DNA of 64,000 bases, taken from the NCBI GenBank assembly GCA_028023455.1, contig JAQFVV010000008.1, positions 14,508,001-14,572,000 of the forward strand, in the 5' to 3' direction. Made by a program: the position numbers and the translations under genes. This document shows, piece after piece, positions 1-12,660 of the stretch; position 1 is the stretch's first letter; the number at the start of each line of letters is the position of its first letter. The DNA is from Epiperipatus broadwayi (lineage: Eukaryota > Animalia > Onychophora). Under the pieces are notes generated by a model. That model saw nothing but the letters and a program-made list of their open reading frames with translations, was not told the origin of the DNA and ran no database searches.

Positions 1-881
1 ATCTTGGTTTAATGTTATTGCCAGTATCATTAGAAACAAATAAACAAAATACATAGATATTTACATATGTTGTATGTTCTTTTAAATTGACTTATACAAT
101 AATGATTGCTTTTTTAGCAATAGTTAATAACCTTTTTTGTCTTAGGTTAGGGTTTTAATATATATTACTAGTTACTATACAAACTATTGAAACAATTTAT
201 GGCCATATATAGTCCCTTGAATATGTAAATGTAAAATATCTACTGCATGTAATGTACATTTATTTAAATTTATTATATTTTATTTATTTTAAATCACTCT
301 AACACCATGACATAACTGTCATTTCCTCAGACCTCCCCCGCCCATATAATGAATAAAAATTCCTGTCTTCTTTAGATGCACTTTTATTTCCATTGCAACT
401 TTATATCATTATCATATCAATCTTTTTTTTTAAAATTTAATATTTATTGGCTTATTTATGAATTACTTTTTAATATTTATCACCTCCATATGTCAAAGCT
501 GGGGCCTTCATATACTATCATTTGGATTGATAGTCCTTGTTGATAATTGTATTTTTCTTTTCACATTTTGAAATAATTATATTGTATTGAATATGGTTTA
601 CATTCTTCAGTTTAACTTATATGAATCTAGTAAGTGATTTTTTGTTTATATATATTGTTGCCAGGCATTATCAAATGGCCTTACACAAAGACTGCTGTAA
701 TGTAAAATCATATATATTAAGCACAATGAATATATAAATGTGCTATATTAATAATGGAAGTTGGGTCTGAGCATTAGAATACCCACACACACAAATTTAA
801 AATATTGTACACAAATACACGTATAAAAAACTGATGTATTTTTTGTATTTTATTTTTATTGTTTTGTATATTTTCAATATA

Positions 882-1946
882 CACCTGGGTCTCTTTTTAC
901 GTGGACTTATTTAACACGATTTTGAAGTTACGCGATTCGTGTTTCACCGGAAGTCAAACTCCGATATTGCGCTAATACTTTAAATAATAAATTTTGCGCA
1001 GTTACGTTATATTGAAAGTAATAGCACATTATTCAAATTTGACTTTCAACTTAGTAATTTCAATATTTTCAGTGCTTTATAATAGTAAGATTTTATGCAA
1101 TAATGAAATTAAAATCATGATTCCCACATTTTATGTATACACACATTAAATTTTACAAAATTATAATGTAAATTTGTTCAAACATTGTGCGTGTTAATTT
1201 TGCATTTTAAATCACATTCTGTTTTTGCTTTTTAAAAAAGAACATAATCAATTAGTAATCATTTAGTGTCCACAAGTTTATTTTTAAAAGGTCAGTAATA
1301 GCAGTGGGCACAATTAAATTTCACAATTAAAAATTAAAATCTGATTTTTAATTGTAATTAACAATTTAAAAATTATGGCGACTTGAAATAATCTGATGTG
1401 AAATTTTATTTTTAAACGGAATTGAAAATTAAAGACAAAAATAAGAATTTAATTTTTAGTTGTTAGTTTTAATTAAATTTTTCCCAGCAGTGGTGAATAA
1501 ATGTCTTTTTATTATCATAAGTCTAAGTTCATAAACAATCAATAAAATCATCGTCTCAAAGATTAATTACTAATTACGTTGTCAACAGAAAAACATTAAC
1601 ACAACATGAGAGTGCAAATGAACGTGTGTTTCCACAAATAGCGATAATAATTAAAACATGTATAAAAAAATGTAAATTATCGTACTGTAAATTATGTATA
1701 AAAATATATTATTTTGAATAAAATTAAATATTATAGTTAAAAAAGGTTTGTCTTGTATCAATTTTTTTCAAATTTGAAATTTTTTATTAGTCATATTTTA
1801 TTTCCTTATTTTTGTTGTGCGCGAATTTTGAAAAATCACAGACCGCATCCCCCCTTTTTCAATGTAAGTTATGTCTATTTTTGCGCGATTTCGTTTGCGC
1901 GTGTTTTCTGAGGAACCTATCTATCGCGTAAAACGAGACCCAGGTG
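882..1946. mobile_element. Non-autonomous Tc1/mariner-superfamily (pogo/Tigger-like) MITE
   Basis: TIRs CACCTGGGTCTCTTTTTACG (882) and CGTAAAACGAGACCCAGGTG (ends 1946), one mismatch; TA on both sides (880-881, 1947-1948); no transposase ORF. Confidence 0.85.
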
Positions 1947-2199
1947 TATATCATTTTATGTATTTGCTTTTCTCTGAAAAATTCAAATGGAGAAAAGGAA
2001 TTGTTCCAACAAACTTATATATATATTTTTTTCATTTTTTTAATTACTTTTCTAAAAATTGTTATCTTATTCTGTAAGCAAAGAATGTTAATTGCTTTTG
2101 CAAAAATCTGACCAAAAGCAAAATGTTTGATAATGCTATAATTAAAATGTTATTTTTTTTTTGTATGTATAATAAAAATTCTTTTGAATTGATTTTGTA

Positions 2200-2640
2200 A
2201 TCAAGTGGTCTGGGTATTCAAGATGGAAATCATTATCTCAAACCCTGCTATGTAGAATTTAATCAGAAAAATCGTAAGAAATGTTATAATCTAAATGATA
2301 AGCTAAATTAAAAGGATTGGCTGATTCATACTTCTCAGGGGGGATATCTGAATTGGTTCTTATGAGTGGGATTGATAGGTTTTAGTTAGTACTGTGGGAT
2401 TCATTATTTCTTTGGCAGTCGTTCTGGGCAAGTCATTCACTACTATGGCTCCAAAATTCTCCAATCACCCAGCTACTTAGAGATTAATTTATGGATGCTA
2501 CTGCTGACATTTTCTAAGAAATCCATTATACAGTTCTTTTAAGAACTAATGATTTCTTAAGGATTTAATGAACCAGTCAAGATAGCGAATGAACATTTAA
2601 TAAAAATTATCATATACAAACAGAGGAAAATATGAAGCAA
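2200..2640 (-). mobile_element. Possible decayed LINE RNase H fragment
   Basis: Minus-strand broken translation VIGEFWSH / VVNDLPRTTAKE loosely resembles the LINE RNase H WxPSHxGIxGNExADxxAKE motif; many stops. Confidence 0.3.
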
Positions 2641-4589
2641 TCTACCAGAGAGACCAGTAAAATGACCATGGGGTAGACAACCAGCTGGTGCACCTGCCCC
2701 TTCTCTGTCCAAATTGCCTAGGTGTGATCATGCCAGTTCCAGCCGGCCACGATGATGACAAGCCACCTAGCCCATGCCTGAATGAGATGAAATCCTCACC
2801 GCACAGCTAGTTGAATTGAAGCCTGCTCAAATCCAGTCCAGAGAAAATGAAGACGTCTACATAAGTTTCTTTTAAAAATATTGTATTATTGAATTAATTC
2901 ATTCTAATCTTTCCGATAATTCGAAATATATATATATTATTATTAATCATTTAAAAAAGAGAGAGTTGTCTCTCGCATATGTATATGGAATTTACGGTTA
3001 TTACAGGCATAAATGATAAAGCTTTTACTTAAATCTTTTGAGTCATTTTCTATTTCAAATTCTAATATTTTCAACAAAGGTTGCAATTAGATTCTTTTTT
3101 GTTGTTATTTGTTTTTCTTCTTGTGGCTATTCCTGAAACTGTCATACATAAATATACATGTGTATATATGCGCACATACGCTTTAAATATTCGGTAAATA
3201 TGATACCTCATGTTGAGTATCTAAAAATGTAGTTATCCGGATATCCTTTTAAGTTATTTTTTGTCATTGCTGTACCTTATGATGAGTGCAAGAAGGGGTT
3301 TATTTATTGTAGATTCCCTGTAAACAAGTCTACTAATAACTTTATATTTAGGATAGTAGTAAATGTATAATTGTGCTGCACGTATATATATGTATAAGAA
3401 TTTATCGCAAAAAGGAAATAGATACAGTACCTTGTGTTGAGTGCTATATAGTATCTGAGCTAATGCAACGTTATTGACAAGTTGAAAGGTACGAAATTAG
3501 TGAAATATTTCATAGTGCAAATATACGTATGCATAGTTGTTTTTTTATTATTATTATATTTGCTGTCAATAAAAAAAAAGTTTTAAAGTTCTCAGTAAGA
3601 GCGTATGCCTGTATGACCGAAAATCTCTTATCTGAAAATATCTGTTTATCAAATCACGCAAGACATAACTTATTTCTGCAGGGTAAAAAGCTCAGACCAC
3701 TTCCATTCCTTATAAAACATTGTAAATAGCTTTAGGGATTTGTTATTTTTCTTATTTAAAATTGTATTTTATCTATTTCAACACCTCGAATATATATATG
3801 GGTTTGTGATAATTAATTATTTAGTATTTTTTTTATTATATCATCATTAGTATGAAACGGTGGTGGGTATTTGGGATTAAATAAATATTTAATCATAATA
3901 TTAAACTTGTTTCGTTTTTGTATTATTATTTATTTGATAAAATGTATTATTTCCTTATCAACCACATACCTGTAATAACCATTTAACTTACCCAGTGAAG
4001 ACCCTAGATGTAGAGTACTGAGCTAGCCACATGGGATATTGCTCTATTGGGGTGTTAAATCTTATTCTTATGCTCCGCTAAACATATGGTATTGCACATC
4101 CTTCTAGGATGGGGGGAAAATTCATTTTTGATTCTTTTCTAGAAGTGGTGTGCAAAAGCTATCTGTAATTAAACATTTCAAAGGTGTGTACTTACCATAG
4201 GTTTTAAAACCTTCGGGCATTCGAGTAAGATATCAACTAAAGGGGGTTTTTAATTGGCAGAGTCCTGTCAATTCACTCTTTCTATCAGTTTAGCTGGAAG
4301 TACCAATATACATGAGTACAGACAATCGGCTAAATTGATATCCATTTCTTTACCTGTTAAATCTTGGTCACTTCATGCTCTGTGCAAGATTAGAAATAGA
4401 ATTCCGCAGGGGAGTATGGTCCAGAACAATATATTAATAGAAAATTTCACAATAGTGAGAAAAAGCTTGACGATTGCCTCCATCTCTGATGTTCACTTAA
4501 TTTCATGCTATACACTGTCAATATTTATATCATGCAATAGCTTATTAAAATCACAGAAATGTGGATCAGTAATATTTGCAACAACAATC

Positions 4590-5402
4590 GGTAATCATCT
4601 GAAATACAGGCATGGCCGCTTGATGGCATTGTTTTTGTGCAAAAGCACAAAAATATGCCATTTACAATTCTGTTCATATTAGCCATTAGCAGGCATAGAT
4701 GGCATTTCACACCAATATTACAGCCCACTGATGTGCTTTGCGGCACTATGGAAATAGCAAACACTTCAAAGCTCGCTACCATATGATGTGAGGGTGTATG
4801 GAATTCAACTGGCCATAACTGTTTTAATATGTATTCAAAGTAACGATGTTGCACCTTACCTGACGTAGTATTACATAGTAATAATTGTAAGGCTGTCACA
4901 GTGTTTCCCTACAGATTGTAGAATGTGAAAAAAATTGCAAAAGGGTAGGTCCCAGCACCATTTCACATAAGTCACATGTTGTAGGTTGTTTCGTAAATCA
5001 TAATGTCAGTTGTATGAGAGTAATGCTTGTTTTGATGTATTGTTTGTCTTCGAATCCATGCTGGATCTGGCAAACAGTGGTTACCGTGACCGCTGTCTTC
5101 CAGTGCTACATGATGAAATGTATAATGTAATTAAAAAATGTAATGTAAATAATGTTTTATATCATTTTAAAAATATAATATTTTAAAATTTTATTTAAAA
5201 AAAATTGCGTAAAATAAAAAAATGAATTTTGTTTCGTATCATTTTAAAAATGTAATGTTTTAAAATATTATTTTAAGAAAAAGTAATTTTGTTTCGTAAA
5301 TTTTTCAATAAAGAAAATATCGGCCCGGTAACATTACATTTAATTATTTTTGTACAGAAACAATGCCATCAAGCGGCCGTGCCCGGATTTCAGACATTTA
5401 CC
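4590..5402. mobile_element. Unclassified TIR element with 55-bp imperfect terminal inverted repeats
   Basis: 4590-4644 and 5347-5402 are inverted copies (about 47/55 identical, core ACAATGCCATCAAGCGGCC); inner short inverted pair at 5080-5092 and 5321-5332 around AT-rich tandem repeats; no convincing TSD. Confidence 0.6.
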
Positions 5403-6722
5403 TAATCTATATATTTTCATTTGTAGCAAATAGATTGCAAAAGGGTTTTCCTAAATTTACTTTCTATCACCTATGACTAATACATCAGGTGAGACTTGAG
5501 GAATCATGAGTAAGTTCATGGATTCATTAGGGCAAAAATTTCATAAACCCAGAGCTTTCCTATCAAAAAGAATTAGATGAGAGAAATAGTTATTTCTTTG
5601 TATTCAATAATTTAAACTTGAATATAGCATAAATAGATTGTATACACAATTCAGTAATCTTTAATGAGCAAATACTTCAGAAATATTAGTATATTGCACA
5701 ATAATTATTTCCCTATCAACCTTTGAAATTTCAGACTACATCAAACTTTGTCTACATTTCTTTTAACATTATGAACAATAAAAATCTTCCCTTTCATAGT
5801 GTCTCCAAAAAAGGCTTAAGAGTGCGGGCATTATAGATGCTCTGCTGATAACTCCCTTGGTTTCATTTATTAAAAATGCATTATTTTCTTGTGATTGGAT
5901 AAATATACAGTGATCCTTGAACAAATTTCAAAATTTCTTAAAATGTATGGTGCAGGACAAGTCACATGAGATAATTCAATACATGATTGCTTATCAAAAA
6001 ACATTGCAATTGAATGACTAAGTTTCTCTGATCTAATAAATGAAATTTCTATCACAAATTTTATTAAAATCTTCAGTTTTTATTAATCCTATTTTGCCTT
6101 ACCTAATGGGACAAAATCAAAAAAAAAAAAAGTCAAGTATTTCTATGCTTATTTAATTATAAAATTTATTTTGCATATTGAAAATATTTATGTATATGGG
6201 AAATTCTTCAGATTTACAAATGTGCAAAACTTTTCAGATTTTGATGGTAAATCACCACTATACAGTTAAGATGAAAGTAGTTTAAAATTATCATATTGAA
6301 TGAACAATTTATTATGACTGATCAGAAACAGATGTAATTAAATATTATTCTTAACTTGGAACCTCAACATGGATCATGTGATTTTGATAATTTGTTATTT
6401 TGTGTAAATATTTCAAAACATTTTTTTTTTTAGCATTTTTTAAGATTAAAACTTTGTGCTTGTTGCAATCAAAAAATATTTTCATAGGTGCTGTAAAAAC
6501 CATTTGAATGGCTTGTTACAAGATAATCTTAGGTTTTCTGTTAATTTATTTATTGTACTTTTAGGTATTTTTTTCTTTGTTTTTTTTAATTACTTAAATG
6601 TATTCTAAAATAATATAATTTAAACCTGTAAATATATTTCTACTTTGAAAAAATATATTTTAATGCTTATAATTTTATAATAAATATTTTACCTATTCAT
6701 TCAGTGTACTGAATATTTCCTA

Positions 6723-6955
6723 TAGTAAATAGAGGGATTTGAACTTAGGATGTTCAGTCTATATTGATCCTCGACTCTATCTCAAACAATGATATGCATG
6801 ATCTCATACACATGTGAAAAAGATAAATGATTCCTAATATATATATATATAGTTCATGCTGAACCAGCACTTGTCAGTTGGGCCATATATATATATATAT
6901 ATACAATCAGTGATCAGCTTATATTAAGATAGCAATTCCTTAAACTTTAATGGTC
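6723..6955 (-). mobile_element. Hammerhead-containing repeat (retrozyme-like), subfamily A copy 1
   Basis: Homologous to 7011-7253 (inverted) and 45581-45828; degenerate HHR at 6832-6884 (CTGACAA core, GAAC, (TA)n expansion in stem III). Confidence 0.8.
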
Positions 6956-7010
6956 ATTAAAACTATTGTTGTTTTTTTAGTGAAATGGATGGTTCAATTG
7001 GTGGAATAGT

Positions 7011-7253
7011 GAGAAGATTGAAGCCTGTTCATTAAAGTTTAAGGAATTGCTATCTTAATATAAGCCGAGCAATGATTGTATATATGTGTAGAAGATTATG
7101 ATCTGGCCCAACTGATGAGTGCTGGTTCAGCATGGAATACATATATTGGGGTTCATTTATCTTTTTCATATGTGTGTGATCATGTGTATCAGTTGTTTGA
7201 GATGGAGTAGATGGATATAGACTCAAAATCCTAAGTTCAAATATCTCTGGTAT
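7011..7253 (+). mobile_element. Hammerhead-containing repeat, subfamily A copy 2
   Basis: Inverted relative to copy 1; contains the HHR at 7107-7150 and A/B-box-like motifs at 7203-7245. Confidence 0.85.
7107..7150 (+). ncRNA. Minimal type I hammerhead ribozyme motif (A13G variant)
   Basis: CCCAA CTGATGA G TGCTG GTT CAGCA T GGAA TACATA T A TTGGG: stem I CCCAA/TTGGG, intact CTGATGA core, 5-bp stem II; GAAA mutated to GGAA. Confidence 0.85.
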
Positions 7254-9849
7254 AAATATTTTAATTATATATTTGTTTGTCATTGGTCAGTGTTCATAAA
7301 GTGCATGATTATTTGAAATAGGGTGCAGATTTAATCTTTCTTTTTTTTTTTTTTTTACTAAATTTGTTATTTGCATTTACAATTTCCTCTTCCATAATTC
7401 AAATTTTAGCGTAGAATTTTTTTGATTTGCATTATTACATTTTACATATATTATAAAAAGTGGAAATTATATATTTTATTCACCTAATATCTAATTCTGT
7501 TTATCCATTGATTTGAATTGCTTAATTGCTATATTTTTAAATAGTATATCAAAATAATAGACTATATTCTATTGTGAATTATATTTATTTAATTTTTTTT
7601 ATATGTAAATACATAATTTATAAAGTAATAAGTTTATAATATAAAAATTTGATAGTCAAACTTCTACATGCCTATAATGCTAATTATGTCCATTTAAACT
7701 TTAAATAGTACTAAATTGTAAGCATTATCAAATATTTTTATTTAATTCAATTTTTTATATTGCAAATGAAAAAATGTTTATTTTTATAGATAAAGTGATT
7801 TTTTAAAATAAATAAACATATACATAATTTAAAAATTCATGGTCATTCAACATTTTATATAAAAATGTGTTAATTATTAGTTCATTAATTGTATTATAAT
7901 TTGTCCACATGCTGATAATTTTCACACAATTCAGTTAGCCAAAAGCTTATAGTGTTTTTTAGTCTATGCCATTAAAATATTTTGATTGTTTTTGTAGTCC
8001 CTTACATTCTTTTTTTTCATATGTTATTATATTCAATTCTATTGTGATTCTTTCATGAGATTCATTTGGTATAGTATACTGTTACAATCTAGTTAAATTT
8101 TCTGACGGGATTCAAAGTATAATAGTTTTTTTTCACCATTTCATAGTCAATAGGATTCAACTGGAAGTGACTGCTTTTTTTATAATTCATTCCCTGTAAA
8201 TAAAATCTCTACTGGGCATTACCTTGTGGTCTTTTCTTTTTACCATAACTGGTCAAAAGAAAATCATGTATTTTAGATAGGCAAGTAATATCCATTTCTC
8301 TCCAACTCTGCCACATGTATTATGAGTTAGGCAATTGTACTTAGCAATTACCATAAAGGCAGTTATTATAAGTAGGTGTGTGTATATATATATATATATA
8401 TAACCTTTAATATCTTAGTCTGATAGCTATAAGTTAATTAACTGAATAAATGTATTTTTCAGTTCAGAACATATTATTTTTTATCAAAATAACATTAACC
8501 ATGTCAGGTGGTGATTAAAAGTAAAGGGTCTGCTTTACATGTATTAAGTTTTCTAAGGTTGCATGTGATATTGCCACAATTAAAACAAAATATATATGCC
8601 TCATAGCTAAATTTAAATTGGAAACTTATTAGAAATTTGAATTCAATATTTTTTGACATTTAGTTTTTATTTATTTATTTTTATATTTACAAAAGATATA
8701 ATTAATTGCATAATTATTTGGTGTGTGTGTTTGTATCAGAATTTTTTGAAAATTATTTTATTTTTTTAGCACTAAAAAAAAGAAGTTACATAGGGTTTAT
8801 CATTGTAAAATAAAATAAAAGACAAACAATGAAATATAATACTGCATTAAATATTGTAATCTAATAAGATTAATAAGTTAATAATAGATACTTAACAACC
8901 AGTTGTTTCATACATAAAGGACATTTATTGATTATTCTCATAAGATTTTTAATTGGAACAAAAAAAAAATTGTAGTAATTATTGGAAAAAGTAATATATA
9001 TTGATAAAAGTTGTAGACATATATATGTACCAGGTAAAAAAATATGTATTTGGTTACAAAACTTATTATTCTTATTTAAACACATACCATTTTTAAGTAT
9101 GATAGTTTAATAATTTTATTTGACATTTTAGGAAAATTATTTTTAATGTTTCAAGTTCATGACTAACTATTTAAGTTTCAGTACTGTATCTACTTGTTTT
9201 TTATTGTATTCTATCCTCAACCATATCCACCAAGTGAAAGCATTCAGTCCTATACAGCTTAAGAGAATTATTGAGATCATTTTTATCAAGTAAATATTTT
9301 TCAAATGGTTAATCTAATGAAAATCTATTTTTACAAATGAATTAATATTGAGCACCAGTAGTGATCCATCTGAAGAATTATATGAATGACTAGAAACTAT
9401 TTTTAACTAGAATTTCAGTTTTCTTTTTGCTTAGTAAAATTTTAAAATACATTAATATATGTGCAAATTGCAGCATGGATTTCTGAATATAGTGATACAA
9501 AATTAACTTACTTTTTTGTTTCATTTATTTTAAATTTTCTTTTATTATTTTATACTTTTTATGCTATTAAATTATATTTAAGGTACAAAATAATCTAATA
9601 TCGGGAAGAAAATGTGAGGAGCCCATTAAATGTTTAATGACTGGCTAAATTTTAGGATGAATTAGAATTCACTTAATTTTTTTTAAAATCTTGAATAAAT
9701 ACTCATTAAAATAATAATAATAATAGACTACAGTAAATAAATTAATATATATACATTTGAAAATAAAATTAATGAAAAAGTACATTAAAATAAATATATG
9801 TAAATTAACAATAATGTCTTGTTTCTATTTTGTCTTTTAAAGACTCTGT

Positions 9850-10559
9850 CAATGGTCAGCAACCGGTGGTTCGCAGACCACTGGTGGTCCATGTCATAAT
9901 TTTAATGGTCTGCAAAGAAATTCAGATATTATTTAAATTCGCTAAGCTCATTTAATAAAATTTTTAAATAAAAAATAAATTTTGTTTAAGCTGTAATATT
10001 ATAAGTAAAATAGAACAAGAACATTATATTGCTAATTGATTTGTTACAAAATACTACTGTGCCTTGCAAAATCTACCTCAAAAGCATTTAATTAACCCCT
10101 ACTTGATCAATGGTATAGAAAAAGTAACAAAATAAGAATACTGAATTCTGTACAATTGATTGACTAGGCACCAAATTTTATTATGGCAGACTCTTGGTAA
10201 TTGAATGAACTAAAACTCAAAAATTTTATTAAGAATTTTGAAGGAAAACATATCCATAAAAATTATTAAAGAATAGAATACTTTTTGTTATTAATCCTAA
10301 ATAATTTTTGTAGATATGAATTAGAAAATTACACATATAAAACATAACAAATATGTATTTATACATTCATTTATTTTTATGAAATAAAATGAACATTATA
10401 TTAACAAAAAACAAAATAAAACAATTCTTTAATAAATTATAAAACATATAAATATTACTATATAAATATATATGTATATCATACTCAATGCTCGTATTAA
10501 TTCATATCTTTAAAAATTATATTAATGGTCTGCAATATCTAAAAGGTTACCAACTGCTG
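9850..10559. mobile_element. hAT (Charlie-type) MITE, decayed
   Basis: Left end CAATGGTCAGCAACCGGTGGTTCGCAGACCACTGGTGGTCC; right end AAAAGGTTACCAACTGCTG; degenerate TSD ctctgt/ctctatgt. Confidence 0.7.
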
Positions 10560-11359
10560 CTCTATGTAACACTAAATCTTATTTCATGATTTATTTTAAA
10601 CAAGCAGAAGTGATAAGAAAACTACTAACCCCAAATAAGCTGGTATACTTTTAACAATTGAAATTAAAACTTTTCTAGAAAAAAAAAAACATTTGAATAA
10701 AATGATATGGAAGAAAAACTTATTAGTTAAAAATTTGTTTGAAACTATACTGATAATAAAATTATGCAAACATACATTATTGCAATATTCAATGCTCATA
10801 TTTAATGTTTATTTATAATTCCAGTAGCATGCTAGTACTTTGAAGTCATGGAAGATTTATATTAGACAGGATGAAAAGTGGTATTTAAAATCATTAATCT
10901 GAGAAAGCTGTGGAATCAAGGTCTCCATATTAAGTAACCAGTGTGACTTGTATATATAAATCTTACATAATAAATATTTTGTTCAGTATATCAAAATTCT
11001 TAATTATTTTCAGTGGTTTTTATACCTCTACTTTTAATAATATTTTATTATTTCTTTTGATATAACCAATGTATAGATCAATGCTTGTTAATGGATTTTT
11101 GCTTTCATCTAAGGCATAAGTTCTCATCATGTTAATTGTTTTTATGTTTTACATATTAAGAATTATTTTCTTCTTATGTTAACTGCAAGACAGCTTAATT
11201 TTAAGTAAGAATTTAGCTAAGTTAAACATAGTAAAAGATTTGTCTACATGAAATGATCATGTCAAAATTTAAGATAGTTTAATAATAATATAAATGTTTA
11301 ATCTTTATTAGGTGTAACTGTAAAAGAAAAAAAATACATTTTTCTTGTACAGTTTTATT

Positions 11360-11530
11360 TATTTTTTTAGCAAAACAAACAAGAAGGGATTAAGATCTTT
11401 AAAGTTGTTTATCAATTAATTAAAAAACAATAAAGGATTATAATCTTTATTTCTGAAGAAAATGAAAATTATCAATTAATTAAAAAAAAACAAGAAGAGA
11501 TTGGAATCTTTATCTTTAAAGAAATAAAAC
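11360..11530. repeat. Imperfect tandem repeat of about 60-bp units
   Basis: Recurring AAAACAA..GGATT..ATCTTTA and TTATCAATTAATTAAAAAA blocks. Confidence 0.55.
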
Positions 11531-12459
11531 TTGTTTTTAAATTAATGTATTTATAGATTTTTTTTTAAAAAGGTAATCTTTTTTGTAAAAAGAAAATCAA
11601 TTAGTTAAGGTTTAATGCATTAATTTCTGAGGTAGTCATGTGAATGAATGGAAGATTGATATCAGAGTTGTTTGTTGAAAAATAAATGAATGTATGGTCT
11701 GCAGAATTTAGTACTAGTAGGCTTCACCCATCAAAATCTCAGCTTGGAAGTCTGAAGCTAGATTAATCTCATTTATTTAAAAAAGAGAAATGATGTTTTA
11801 AAAGAGTGGTATAATATCATGGACTTTACAAGAACCATATACTAAGTTCTTGCTAAAGACTAACCATTACCAATCCAACTATGTAAGCAATTTCATTAAG
11901 AGGAATGTAGAAGCAACTATCCAGAATCATGGGTGTCTCACCTTATGTTAACTTGTTAAACTGGAAATCTGGAGCTACAAAATGAAAAGAAAAAAGCTAA
12001 ATGGAAGAATAATGAAATGAAAACAATTGTTAAACTGGAAACTTGGAGTTACAAAATGAAAAAGGTAAATTCACTAATGTAAAAAAGTATAACAAGAAAG
12101 GAAAAAACCTGGAGCCAGGAGATTGACCAAACTACTTCTACAAAATCTATCAAAGGAGTCATTCAACTATGCAACTATTAAAAAACTAAAAAAAGGAAAA
12201 AAATCCATGATAAAATGAGATATTGTAGGCTGTATACCTAATACATTTATAAATGTTATTTTATAAATGATGAATAATATTTTAATTGTTTTTGTTGAAA
12301 TATTTTTTTTATTTTTACTGAGTTAAAATGGTATGGGAACATCTTCATTTTCAAAATAAAAAGAAGAAGAAGGTTCAAGTTAAAGATAATCTTTTTTTCT
12401 TTATTGTAAAATAAATATATATTTGGGATTGATATTGTAAGAGAATAGCTCATGCATAC

Positions 12460-12660
12460 TAATAATTTTTATTAGTCATTTATTAGACTAGAGATTATTC
12501 AATAATGGATAATACATTAATTTCCACTATCTCATGTAAGGTAGGAACTGGTTTCTTTTTGCTGTTAACACCTTGTGGAGGGTTATAATTATTAACATGT
12601 GACCAAAGATGCATGAGAGCTGTGTAGTAAAATTCCACTACAGAAATATTATCAATAGCT
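12460..12660 (-). mobile_element. Retrozyme-family subfamily C fragment without ribozyme
   Basis: TTATTAGTCATTTATTAGACTAGAGATT and AAGGTAGG..TAACACCTTGTGGAGGG segments match the 22241-22740 unit. Confidence 0.65.

Noticed and set aside
4254-4682. ORF containing SDVH and GNH, suggesting the missing N-terminus of the phosphoesterase
   Set aside because: No GD motif, spacing too short, and the GNH codons coincide with the TIR start at 4590; probably chance
8975-9033. ...HIYVPG|GTAAAA as the penultimate phosphoesterase exon
   Set aside because: Right phase, but an in-frame TAA follows the only nearby acceptor and no GD motif is present
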